Shown piece by piece: positions 1-9,895 of a stretch of 64,000 nt of DNA (the stretch's first letter is position 1; the number at the start of each line of letters is the position of its first letter). The stretch spans positions 1,472,001 through 1,536,000 of the forward strand of contig CAWGMQ010000010.1 of the NCBI GenBank assembly GCA_963823665.1. Direction: 5' to 3'. Origin of the DNA: an uncultured Planctomycetota bacterium (GTDB taxonomy: Bacteria; Planctomycetota; Planctomycetia; Isosphaerales; Isosphaeraceae). Position numbers and translations under genes: made by a program. The notes beneath the pieces are model-generated. The model was not told the DNA's origin, searched no databases, and was given only the letters and a program-made list of their open reading frames with translations.

Positions 1-949
1 ACGAGGTCGTGATTGGATTCAACGCCAAGGTCTACGGGCCGAGCGTGATCGGGGCGTATGGATCTGCAAACCAGCCCACGTCGATCGGGCCGGGGGCGTT
101 CATCGATGGTGCTACCATCGAGCCCGGCGCGATCGTCAGCCCGCGGCGCGGGTCGGGCCCGGCGTGACTGTTCCGTCCGGCTATATGGTCCTTCCCGGCG
201 TGAACGTGACCAGTAACGAAGAAGCTTCCAACCCCAAGCTGGGCCTGGTGGTCAAAACGACCTCGAGCGAGATCGCGACGATCAAGTCGACCATTTCAGA
301 TAATGTTGCGCTCGCGAATGGATATCTTACACTATATGAGGGCAATTCGGCGACGGGTGCCAGCCAGGGGGTGAGCACCGCGATCAGCGGTGTCTTCAGC
401 GGCAATCTCTCGACGATCACCGGCGCCAACCTGCAGCCTGGCCCGACAACCGCCTCGTTTGAACCGGCCAAGACCGGTCCTCAGTTCCTGACGCCGAACC
501 GGGGATTGGTCGGCGTGGTGCTACCGAACTTCTCGTCACGGCTGACGGGCGGGGTCATGATCAGCATGAGGGCCTGGCAGGCGGCACTGCACATGGGGAG
601 AGCCAACGCGTATCGCGGCGATCAAGGTCAGCCGATCGCAATCGGCTCGATTGCCCACACCGGCGCGCACGTGTCGATCAACTCGCCGGTAAGCGGCACA
701 CTCACGATCGGCGAAGACCTCCGGACCGGCTCGAACGTGGTGATCTTGAGCGGGAACAAGGTGAACGCTGAGATCGGTGATCGAGTCACGATCGATTCGG
801 CCGCGGTCGTCATGCAGACCTCGATCGGCTCAGACTCGACGGTGGGCAAGGGAGCGGTCCTCGAGAATTCGACATTTCCCGCCCACACCGTCATTCCGCC
901 GAATGCAATTTATGTGAACAATAAATTTATGGGATATGTTCAGTGGTGA
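1..949 (+). CDS. Hexapeptide-repeat (left-handed beta-helix), gamma-carbonic-anhydrase/acetyltransferase-like protein; 5' partial, frameshift near 143
   Basis: The frame from nt 3 reads EVVIGFNAKVYGPSVIG...IGPGAFIDGATIEPGAIVSP, then switches frame to ARVGPGVTVPSGY (ORF 164..949). The C-terminus has hexapeptide repeats IGDRVTIDSAAVVMQTSIGSDSTVGKGAVL. Confidence 0.65.
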   Translation, partial: RGRDWIQRQGLRAERDRGVWICKPAHVDRAGGVHRWCYHRARRDRQPAARVGPGVTVPSGYMVLPGVNVTSNEEASNPKLGLVVKTTSSEIATIKSTISDNVALANGYLTLYEGNSATGASQGVSTAISGVFSGNLSTITGANLQPGPTTASFEPAKTGPQFLTPNRGLVGVVLPNFSSRLTGGVMISMRAWQAALHMGRANAYRGDQGQPIAIGSIAHTGAHVSINSPVSGTLTIGEDLRTGSNVVILSGNKVNAEIGDRVTIDSAAVVMQTSIGSDSTVGKGAVLENSTFPAHTVIPPNAIYVNNKFMGYVQW

Positions 950-988
950 GCAACTGAGGCGGCCCGGAGACCTTCGGTCCCGAAGACG

Positions 989-1077
989 GCGGGGTCAGAG
1001 ACCCGCGCCCAACCCGGACGCACTTTCGCGGAGCGAAAGGCGACACTGGGGCGGGGTCTGGAGACCCGCGCCCGAAC
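989..1077. repeat. Cluster of REP-like palindromic repeats between convergent genes
   Basis: Two copies of GGCGGGGTC(A/TG)GAGACCCGCGCCC(G)AAC flank GACGCACTTTCGCGGAGCGAAAGGC, which recurs at about 49494-49518. Confidence 0.7.
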
Positions 1078-1079
1078 GA

Positions 1080-3222
1080 TCAGAAGAAGAGCTGAAACCT
1101 CAGCCAGTAGATATCGGCGGTCGAGGCGAATTTGTCGGGCCCCATCGTGACCAGGTTGCCGAAGCCGGCATGCTGCCAGTCGAGCTGGATCTTGACGTAA
1201 AAGTTCAGGTACCAGTTGGCCCCCACGTCGGTCGCCCAGACGTGATTGGTATAGATCGACGGGTCCGCGAAGCCCCCAGTGAAGATGTTCTGGCCCAGAC
1301 TCATCGTGCTGTATCTGGCTTGAAGCTCGACGGCGCCCGGGCGGAACTCACCCCCTCTGAACCAGTCGAAGTTGAAGTCTTGCCGCGGCTGAAGCACACT
1401 GACGCGGCGGGTCAGCTCTTCACCCGTCAGCATGTAAGAAGCCTGAACGAACCAGCCGTTATAATTGACGGGTGTGGAATACTTGCTGCCCGAGAAGCCG
1501 TATCCCGCCCGCCCGCCTCCGTACTCCGCCATCAGGAATAAACTTTTGTAGAACCAAACGGCATGCGCACCCCATTGCACTCGCTCGCCTTGTTCGATGA
1601 CGTTCTTGTTCAAACCAAGAAAGGTCGGCGACACTTGCTGGGCGCCGGTGCCACCGGTCTGGTCGTTGGCTGTCTCGAAATAGGTGGGCTGTGTGGGGGT
1701 GTTGGCTTCGTAGCCCGCATCCCATGAACCGCCCAGATTCAGGTAGCGCAGGGCAGGGACCATCGTCGTGGTGAGGAACGGGCGGGTTGTAACGGTTCCG
1801 ATCCAATCCCTCGAGCTGTCGAAAGCCCCGAACGAATTGCGCGGACCGTTGTAAATGCCGGTCGCGTAGCTCAGCCGATCTTCGAAGAGATTGCCGAGAA
1901 ACAGCATTCCGATCTGGCGATTGAGCCCCATGTTGTTGGCGTAGATCGACCGTTCGGGGGCAACCAGGTCGCCTTCAGCGATCGAAAAGTATTCGTAGAG
2001 ATAAGGGGTCTTCATCCTGCCGACGCGAAGTCGCAACCGGTCGTCGATTCGAAGGGAAATGAAGGCGTCGAGCAGGTCGAGCGTCCCGTATCCACGGTTG
2101 ATCACCGTGTAGTAACCGACGTTTTTGGTGAGATTTCCGGTGAAATACCAGCGTTCCCTGGGAATGAAGAACTCGGACTGGAGGATGCCCTGGTTCTTGG
2201 TCGGGAAGCCCCGATAGTCGACCTGCGTGAGGTTGTGGAACTGAATCGAATACTCGTCGTCGTCGGTTTTGAACTCGAGCCCCTCGCCGAACCGGACCAC
2301 CGCCCGATGGACCGGCGGGCCCGAGTCGGGTTTGTAGACCCAGATTTCGCCGTCGGCCCCGGTGAGCCCCGGACGCGACGGCTGCTGCGTCGGGCTGACG
2401 CGGCCGCCAGTCCCTTCGGCACCGACGCCGATGCGGTTCGCCCCGAAGCCGCCGAATCCTTCCTCCATTCCACCTGCGCGGCCGCTCGGGCCTTGAGTGC
2501 CCGCTCCCGCGCCTGCACGCGCCGGGCGGGGTCTGGTCAGGCAAGGCTTCCGGCAAGTCCGGTCCGCTCGGCTGGCCGCCGCGGCCGAGGCGCCCCTGGG
2601 CACCAACGCCGCTCTGTTGCATAAGGGTGATCCGTGGGGGAGCATCGCCTGCCTCGTTTTCCAGTCCCAGAAATCGGGCGAGATCAGGCGATACCAGCAC
2701 GTCGTCCGGCGCTTTCTCAGATGGCTTGCTCTTCGGGTCCTTCTCGACCGACGGGCGCAACGACTTCGACAGGTCCTGATATTCACGCAAAAGGTTGCTG
2801 TACTGTTCTTGAATCCGCCGGTTGCTCTCCTCCATGCGCAAGTAGGCTTCTTCCATGCGCCTGAGTCGCTCGTCAACGGAAACCTCGGTTGAGCTCGCCG
2901 GTTTGGGACTTCCGGTCGGGGCGCTCGCAGCGCGCGCGATCTTGGGTGGTTCGACTGCTGGTGCTCGCGCGCCATCGACCAAAGCACCAGGCTTCGGCCC
3001 CACATTGGGTCTGGCCGTCAAAGACTTCGGCGCGCTCGCCGGTTCGTTGGGCTCGGCGCCCTTCGCGCGCGAGACGTCTGAAACAGGCTTCGGAGAGGGC
3101 TGGGTCTCTCCCGAGGAAGGGGGAGTTTGCGCGAAGCCGATGGCTGTCGCGCCGCCTGCAAGTGCAGTGAGAATGACGAGCCGAGCTGCGACCCGGAGAG
3201 CCCTTTCTCGTCCCAGTTTCAT
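1080..3222 (-). CDS. Phosphate-selective porin O/P family protein with a long N-terminal extension; frameshift near 2520
   Basis: Signal peptide and coiled coil in ORF 1975..3222. The beta-barrel is in ORF 1080..3005 (FFIPRERWYFTG, LLDAF, RLRVGRMKTPY, GWFVQASYMLTGE, GANWYLN) and ends in the Phe-terminal WLRFQLFF. Confidence 0.8.
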
Positions 3223-3440
3223 CCCGCTACCTTTCCGTAACAGCCCATGCGGGCCGGCGCCTCAGATCCATGAAGGAAGGCGAGGTCGGTTTGCTTGGCG
3301 GGTGCTTCGCGCGCGTAGCACGCCATGATCTCTCATCGAAGATCGAGACAAGCAGACTTTAGCGAGAGTGCCGATTTCAACGACCGAGCCACACTCACGC
3401 ACGCAATCAGCTTCAGGTGGGGGCTGTAGGCAACCTTGAC

Positions 3441-3603
3441 CCAGTGCCTGGGCGCGCGCGATTTTGGACAGGGTGCCTGGGCGCGCGATAGTGGGTTTCG
3501 TGAATCGTCAGGCTAAAGCCTGACCGACCCAGTGCCTGGGCGGGCGCGATAGTCGGTTTCGTGAATCGTCAGGCCGAAGCCTGACCTACCAGTGCCAGGG
3601 CGC
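3441..3603. repeat. Tandem array of about 60-bp units containing a GTAG-type REP palindrome
   Basis: CCAGTGCCTGGGCG-like motif occurs four times. Two full units carry AATCGTCAGGC(T/C)(A/G)AAGCCTGACC(G/T)AC; the same motif occurs at 52029 and 52313. Confidence 0.8.
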
Positions 3604-3614
3604 ACGTTTGTCGA

Positions 3615-3977
3615 TCAAAACTTCTTGAGGGCCGCGGCCTCGTCGGGGAAGATCTCGAAGATCTTGTCGAAATTGCTGACCCGGAAGGCGTCCATGATCA
3701 CCGGGCGCAGGCAGCAGAGCCGGATCTTGCCTTTGACTTTCTGAATTTCCCGGTGCAGCTTGACCAGATGTGCGAGCATCGCACTGGAGACAAACCGCGC
3801 GTTGGTCATGTTCAGCAACAGCTTCGTGTATTTCTTGGAGTCGACCAGATCCATCAGCTCGTTGCCGACATCGCGAACCTTGTCGCCGTCGAACATCGAC
3901 ACGGTTTCCAGGAAGTTGACGACAGCGGCACCGTCGACGTTCTTATAGGTGATGTACTGATACTCAGCCATAGACAT
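3615..3977 (-). CDS. STAS domain protein (anti-sigma factor antagonist)
   Basis: LLLNMTNARFVSSAMLAHLVKLH...GKIRLCCLRPVIMDAFRVSNFDKIFEI matches the STAS/SpoIIAA pattern; GGAGGAG RBS upstream. Confidence 0.85.
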   Translation of the reverse strand: MSMAEYQYITYKNVDGAAVVNFLETVSMFDGDKVRDVGNELMDLVDSKKYTKLLLNMTNARFVSSAMLAHLVKLHREIQKVKGKIRLCCLRPVIMDAFRVSNFDKIFEIFPDEAAALKKF

Positions 3978-4215
3978 TCCAGTAGCTCCTCCTCACCAGG
4001 ATTCATCATCGCGACAGACATGATACCGAAATGCTCGGTTATTTTCGCCCCTCTGGTGGGGATCGGGCCTTCCTTCCACTTGATTGACGTCCTTGGAAGA
4101 TACTCCTAACATCAGAAGTAGCCGGAGTCTTCGATGCCGTCACGGCCTTCGCTCTTCCGCTGGGCAGGCATTTTTCAAGACCGCGAGCACGATTGCTTGA
4201 AGAGAGGATGACAGA

Positions 4216-5698
4216 ATGTCGCCGCACCAAATGGCGTCGGCCCAGGTCGTCAAACCCTTGCCGCAGCCCGAGTTGGGGAGCAGGGCAAAGAGTGTGCATG
4301 CGGGCTCCAGGTGGATGCGGATCATCCTGGTAGTCACCGTGCTGCTGGCCGCCGGAGGCGGGGGGGCTTACCTGCTCGCCTTCGCCAAGGGGCAGGACGG
4401 CAAGCGTGCCGAGGCGAGGCCCGTCGAAGGTGGCTCCGAATCGACTGCGGGAGAGCCGAGGGTGCAGGTGGTCAAGCCCGAGCGTGGCGGAATGGAGCGC
4501 ACCACCAGCCAGCCGGGCACGATTCGCGCGTTCGAATATGCCGAGCTTTTCGCCAAGGTCTCGGGCTTCGTGAAGACGCTCAATGTCGACCGCGGCAGCC
4601 GGGTCAAGAAGGGCGATCTGCTAGCGGCAATTTACGATCCGGAGCGAGACGTTGCCGTCGAGCAAGCCAAGGCGGCACTCGAGCACGCCCATGCCGAGGT
4701 CGCTCAGGCCGAGTCCACCATCCTCACGGCGCAGGCTGCTGTACTGGCCGCCCGGGCACAACAGAACGAGGCGAAGGCGGTTCTCAAGCAACGGACGGCT
4801 GAGCGCGACTATCGGAAGAAGCAGTACATCCGATTCACCGAGCTCGTCAGGAAGGGCGATATCGAGGAGCGTGTGGCCGACGAACAGCACGATAACTACC
4901 TTTCGGCCGAAGGAGCGGTTGATTCCGCGGAGGCCGGAATCGAGACCGCCGCCGCCCAGTTCGCCGAGGCGACCGCCGCGGTCGAAAAATCCAGGGCCGA
5001 CCTCAAGGCCGCGGAAGCCAAAGTCAGGGTGAGCACGGCCAACGTTGATATGGCCAAAGTCTTCGTCCAGTACACCAAGATCCTCGCACCGTACGACGGC
5101 GTGGTTACCCAACGCGGTGATTCGGTCCATCCCGGCACGTTCATCCGCTCGGCATCCGAAGGGACGAGCACCCCCTTGCTCACCGTCGCCCGCGACGACA
5201 AGATGCGCACCATCGTGCTGGTGCCTGACCGCGACGTGCCCTATTGCGAGGTCGGCGACCCAGCCACCGTGCAGCTCGACGCCTTGGCCGGCAGAGTATT
5301 CAAGGCCAAGGTCAGCCGGATCGCGGAATCGGAAGACCTCAAGGACCGCACCATGCGCGTCGAAATCGACCTCGAGAATGCGGATCGCGCTCTGATGGAC
5401 GGCATGTTCGGCCGCGCCGAGATTCTGCTCGAGAAGCTGATCAAGAAGTCTGTCCATTCCCTCCTCGTGCCTCGTTCAGCGCAACGGAAGAGGCGAGGCG
5501 GCCGTCTTCGTCGTGAAAGACGGCGGACTGCACCGGGTTCCCATCCACGTCGGCCTGGATAACGGACTGCGCGTTGAGGTCACCTCCGGGCTGACCGAGA
5601 CGGATCAAGTCGTCCTGCGGCCTGACGCCTCGATCCCTGACGGGACAAAAGTCCGGGCCGAGGCGGTGAAAAACCCCTCGGCGAATGGAAATGAATGA
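4216..5698 (+). CDS. RND efflux periplasmic adaptor (membrane fusion protein); frameshift near 5449
   Basis: N-terminal TM, lipoyl motifs AKVSGFVKTLNVDRGSRVKKGDLL and ILAPYDGVVTQR, long alpha hairpin. The alternate frame continues LSIPSSCLV...VFVVKDG...GLDNGLRVEVTSGL to the stop at 5698. Confidence 0.9.
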
Positions 5699-5800
5699 CG
5701 ATCGCGCTGATGATATCGAGACGCGCGGCCCATCCAGCCGATCATAGAACGAGGAGGTCAGGTACGCGCCGGCGAATGATTGGCGCATGGAGGAAGCGGG

Positions 5801-6742
5801 ATGGCTTCGAGACCGGGACGCGGCCTTGCCCTGCGACTTGAGTCGCTCGAGCCCCGGCTGCAGTTAAGCGAGACGGTTCCTGCAAACTCGATCGGCACGA
5901 GCGAAGGAACTGTGCTCGAGCCAGGCGGCGTGGGCGCCGCGAGTGTAACCGTTGCCGCCAGGAACCTCACCGCCGGCAAGCCATCGACGCTCTTCGGCAT
6001 TTTCGTCGCACCGGCATCGGGAAGTGGTCTGGCCCCGCGCATCGTGGGCGTGAAGGAGAGCGACGGGCGCTCACTTTCGATCAAGCAGGGTCGTCCGTTC
6101 GTGGCCGGCCGCGGCGATGGGCAGGCAGCCGCGTTTGTGAAGGTGAACCAGGCAGGTCCGCTGACAGTGCTCGTCAGTGGCGCACGCCATTCCACCGGCA
6201 CCTACACCCTCGATGTCACACTGGCGGGGGATGTCAACGGTGACGGAACAGTCAATCTGGCCGATCTGGCTCCCTTCGCCGAAGCTTACCTTTCCAGCGC
6301 CGGCGGCAAGGATTACAACGCCGCGGCCGACTTCAATCAGGACGGCATCGTGAACCAGATCGACGCCAAGGCGCTTGAACAGAACATGCCTCCCTATAAG
6401 GCTCATCCGCTCAACCTGGACATGAATCTCAGTCCCGCCGATCAGGCTCATTACAAGACGCCGCAGAACTCCGGGGGCGCCACATCAAAGCAGGATGTCA
6501 CGATCGTGGGCCGCACGCTGCCGGGGAGCATCGTGATTCAGGACGGCACCACGGGCTACTACAAATGGGTCGGGCCCGCCTACGCCACCAATTCCAACGG
6601 TTACTTCACCGCACCTGAAGAGCTCACGGAAGGCATCAACACATTCAACTTTCTGATCATCGCTCCCTCGGGCCAGCAGCTCATTCGCACATTTCCGATC
6701 TTCTGGCTGCCATTCGCTGCGCCGGGCTCAAAGCTGAAGTAG
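5801..6742 (+). CDS. Planctomycete extracellular protein with a dockerin type I domain
   Basis: LRLESLEPRLQLS leader; paired GDVNGDGTVNLADL and ADFNQDGIVNQID motifs; GGAGG RBS before ATG 5801. Confidence 0.8.
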   Translation: MASRPGRGLALRLESLEPRLQLSETVPANSIGTSEGTVLEPGGVGAASVTVAARNLTAGKPSTLFGIFVAPASGSGLAPRIVGVKESDGRSLSIKQGRPFVAGRGDGQAAAFVKVNQAGPLTVLVSGARHSTGTYTLDVTLAGDVNGDGTVNLADLAPFAEAYLSSAGGKDYNAAADFNQDGIVNQIDAKALEQNMPPYKAHPLNLDMNLSPADQAHYKTPQNSGGATSKQDVTIVGRTLPGSIVIQDGTTGYYKWVGPAYATNSNGYFTAPEELTEGINTFNFLIIAPSGQQLIRTFPIFWLPFAAPGSKLK

Positions 6743-8515
6743 TGGCAGCTTTGCAAACAGGTCAGCCAGCGCGGTCCTGTAGTTCTTCCAGCGCGCGACA
6801 GACCCGGAATAGATCGGCTGTCGGACCTGCACGACGCTTGCGGTTCGGATCGGCCTCTGGGTACGGTAGAACTCCAGGCAGGAAGGCTCCCATTCCAGGC
6901 CGCATGCCGACACCAGCCGGCGAGCCACCCCCTCCAGGTCAGCGACCGTCTCCTCATAGTCGACTTCGTGCATCGGCACCGGCAAGACGGCCCGCCAGTG
7001 GTCCATGAGCCGGCGATATTGCTGGAATCGAGTGGCGATGTGCTCGACTTCATTCGCCCAGCCGATCATCCCGAAGTCAGTCATCCAGCACGAAACGGCG
7101 ACGTCGCGCAGGTCGCGCCGGCAATGGATGAAGGTCGCCTTCGGGAAGAGTGTGGCCAGGAAGCCGAGGTGCAGGTAATTGTCCGGCATCTTATCCACAA
7201 CTCGTTCGGCCATTCCGTCGTCGAACATGGACAGCCATTGCAAGTGTTGGTCAGCGATGCGGTGGATTCTCGCCGCGTCGAGGTGCGGAATGCGCTCGAG
7301 CGGCGACTCGGTGCGGCCCACCATGCTTGGAATGGCGTTGACCGATTGCTGAGTCGGCCGGGGCTCGCCAGCGCCGTGGACGCGCGAATGACTGGATAGC
7401 ACCTGCTCGATCAGTGTGGTCCCCGAGCGCGGCAGACCAAAGACGAACACCGGCCGCTGCGTTGCCAGACCTAAACCGGCCACCCTTTTGAAAAAGTCGC
7501 AGCCAAAAGCCTCGACCAGCCGTTCGACGAAGGACACATGATCCTCTGTAGCAAAGTCCCAGCGGCTTCGGGCTTTTCCCGCGGCCAGTGCGTTCGCCTC
7601 GAGCAGACACGACGCGGCGCGGCCGTACTCACCGCGCGCGTCGAGGACATGAGCGAGACCGAACAAGAGCCTGGCGCGGGGCTTCTTGCCCAACTGTGGG
7701 TCGTCCAGTCTCTGCTCGACTGCGGCGCGATCCTCGTCCGGCAGATTGCCTCGGAGAAGCGTCGCGAGTCGAGCGTGTGCCAGCGGAAACCCGGGCTGGA
7801 GGCGCAAAGCGGTGCGAAATGCGGCCTCGGCTTCGGCCAGCTCACCCCGCACCTCGTGGAGCGCGCCGAAGTGCTGGTGGACGGCCGCGGAATCTGGCTG
7901 TAGCCGATGCGCAGCGCGGAAATGCTCTCCGGCCTCGCCCGGCCGACCATCTTGTAACAGCGCTGCGGCCAGCGAAAGGTGGTGGGGCGGCAGATCGTCC
8001 GTTGCCAGGTCGAGCGCACGCTCCAGAATGGGCACAGCCTGGGCGGGCTCACCCCATTCCACGTAAAGGTCGCCCAGGAGTTTCTGGAAGCTGGCGTTCT
8101 CCGGCTCGAGCTCGACGGCCTGCTTGAGCCACGGCAAGGCATCGCCGAGGTGTCCCTCGCGCTGTAAGGTCACGCCGAGACGGGCGTGGGCGTGGGCCAA
8201 GTCGGGATCCAGCCGGAGGGCATCCAGAAAGGCGGCGCGAGCGTCGACCCATCGGCCGAGCGCTTCGAGCGCGTTTCCCAGGTTATGGTGCACGGCAGGC
8301 AGGTCGGGCTGCAGCCGGGCTGCTTCCTGAAAGTGCAGCAAAGCTTGCGCCGGTTGGCCGCGGTCCAGGAGCATCTGGCCCAGGTTGTTGAGCGCCGGCG
8401 CGAAGCTTGAATCCAGCTCGACGGCGCGGCGAAAGTGTTCCAGGGCCTCGTCGAGCTGTCCGAGCTCTCGCAGCACAATGCCCAGGTTATTGTGGAACGG
8501 CGCGAAGTCGGGTCG
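6728..8515 (-). CDS. TPR-repeat sulfotransferase family protein, 5'-truncated
   Basis: Multiple TPRs (HNNLGIVLRELG, LNNLGQML, HHNLGNAL), then PVFVFGLPRSGTTLIEQVLSSH, DKMPDNY and TASVVQVRQPIY. TPR similarity stops abruptly at about 8515 with no natural start. Confidence 0.85.
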   Translation of the reverse strand, partial: RPDFAPFHNNLGIVLRELGQLDEALEHFRRAVELDSSFAPALNNLGQMLLDRGQPAQALLHFQEAARLQPDLPAVHHNLGNALEALGRWVDARAAFLDALRLDPDLAHAHARLGVTLQREGHLGDALPWLKQAVELEPENASFQKLLGDLYVEWGEPAQAVPILERALDLATDDLPPHHLSLAAALLQDGRPGEAGEHFRAAHRLQPDSAAVHQHFGALHEVRGELAEAEAAFRTALRLQPGFPLAHARLATLLRGNLPDEDRAAVEQRLDDPQLGKKPRARLLFGLAHVLDARGEYGRAASCLLEANALAAGKARSRWDFATEDHVSFVERLVEAFGCDFFKRVAGLGLATQRPVFVFGLPRSGTTLIEQVLSSHSRVHGAGEPRPTQQSVNAIPSMVGRTESPLERIPHLDAARIHRIADQHLQWLSMFDDGMAERVVDKMPDNYLHLGFLATLFPKATFIHCRRDLRDVAVSCWMTDFGMIGWANEVEHIATRFQQYRRLMDHWRAVLPVPMHEVDYEETVADLEGVARRLVSACGLEWEPSCLEFYRTQRPIRTASVVQVRQPIYSGSVARWKNYRTALADLFAKLPLLQL

Positions 8516-9895
8516 TACTCGCGGCCCTGCTCTGGAGTCGCCGGCCCCTCTCGCTAGCCCAGCTCGAGGCGCTCGAGCTGGTCATGATCGTGCTGCTGGC
8601 AACTCTGGTCTGCGCCGCCCAGTACCAGTTGATGCTCATATATTCGTTGCGTGAAGATCCATTGGGGGCGCTGATGGTGATGAGGAATGTGGTGCTCAGA
8701 ATCTCGATCATGATCCTCACCTGTGCCCTCTACGTTCCCAAGAGCTGGCGCAGCGCCGCTTTTGTAACGAACTCACTGGCTGTGCTCCCATTCGCGACCC
8801 TTCTGGTGCTGTATCTGCGGAATCCTGAGGCGATTGGCTGGCTGGAACGGGGATGGATGAACCAGAGGACGACCCCGCTGGCGCTGTTCAGCTTCGATGC
8901 GATGGTCCTCTTGGTCTTGGCCATCGGTTCGACGTACGGCGCCGGCACGATGTTCCGCCTGCGCCGGCAGGTCGCCCTGGCGCGGCAGCTCGGCCAGTAT
9001 CGGCTCTGTCGCCGGCTCGGAGCCGGCGGGATGGGCGATGTCTACCTGGCCGAGCATCAGCTCCTGAAGCGCCCGTGCGCCCTCAAGCTGATCCGCCCGG
9101 ACCACCAGGCTGATCCGAAGTCCCTGGAGCGGTTTGAGCGCGAGGTCCGACTGACGGCCACGCTCTCACACCCCAATACCGTTGAGATCTTCGATTACGG
9201 CCGGACCGAGGAGGGGACCTACTACTACGTCATGGAATACCTGCCGGGCCTGAGCCTGGCGGAGTTGGTCGGGCGCTACGGCCCCTTGCCGCCGGCGCGG
9301 GCGGTGTACTTGTTGCGGCAAGTCTGCCTGGCGCTGCGCAAGGCGCACAACTCGGGCCTGATTCATCGCGACGTCAAACCGTCCAACATCTTCGCGGCTC
9401 GACGCGGCGGGACGGATGACGTGGCCAAGCTGCTCGACTTCGGCTTGGTCCTGCCCGTAGCGGCAGGGTCGCACACTCCATTTGTCTGGCGAAGACAAAG
9501 TCATCGGCACGCCGCATTTCATGTCGCCGGAGCAGGTGTTGAACGGCCACGAGCTCGACGAGCGCAGCGACATTTACTCGCTGGGAACGGTCGCCTATTA
9601 CCTGCTCACCGGGCGCCCACCGTACGACAGGGGCGGCGGGATCGCGGCAATGATCGCGCACGCCCGCGACCCCGTCGTGCCCCCGTCGCCCGTCCGCGCG
9701 AGCATCCCCCAGGACCTCGAGCGCGTCGCGTTGCGGTGCCTGGCCAAGGAACCGGCTGATCGGTACCAGGATGCACTGAGCCTGGAGCGAGCCCTCGGCG
9801 AGTGCGTCTGCGCCGGCGAATGGAACCAGGATCGTGCTTCAGCGTGGTGGCGCGACGCAGAGGGGGCTGGGCGATGTGGCTCGGCAGCGCTCTGA
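8512..9895 (+). CDS. Membrane-anchored Ser/Thr protein kinase, 5'-truncated, frameshift near 9480
   Basis: TM helices, then LGAGGMGDVY, CALKLI, HRDVKPSN and DFGL. The alternate frame gives GTPHFMSPEQ...DIYSLG (ORF 9482..9895). Confidence 0.85.

Noticed and set aside
3441..3603. Possible mini CRISPR array
   Set aside because: The sequences between the repeats are themselves near-identical rather than unique spacers, there are only two full units, and there are no cas genes. It fits a REP mosaic better.
5430..5470. Programmed ribosomal frameshifting in the MFP and other split genes
   Set aside because: There is no consistent slippery site or stimulatory structure, the breaks occur in unrelated gene families, and sequencing indels explain them more simply.
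9606..9895. True 290-bp overlap between the TolC C-terminus and the kinase
   Set aside because: The TolC tail has no similarity to its paralog and reads as antisense of the kinase; a lost stop codon or junction artefact is more likely.
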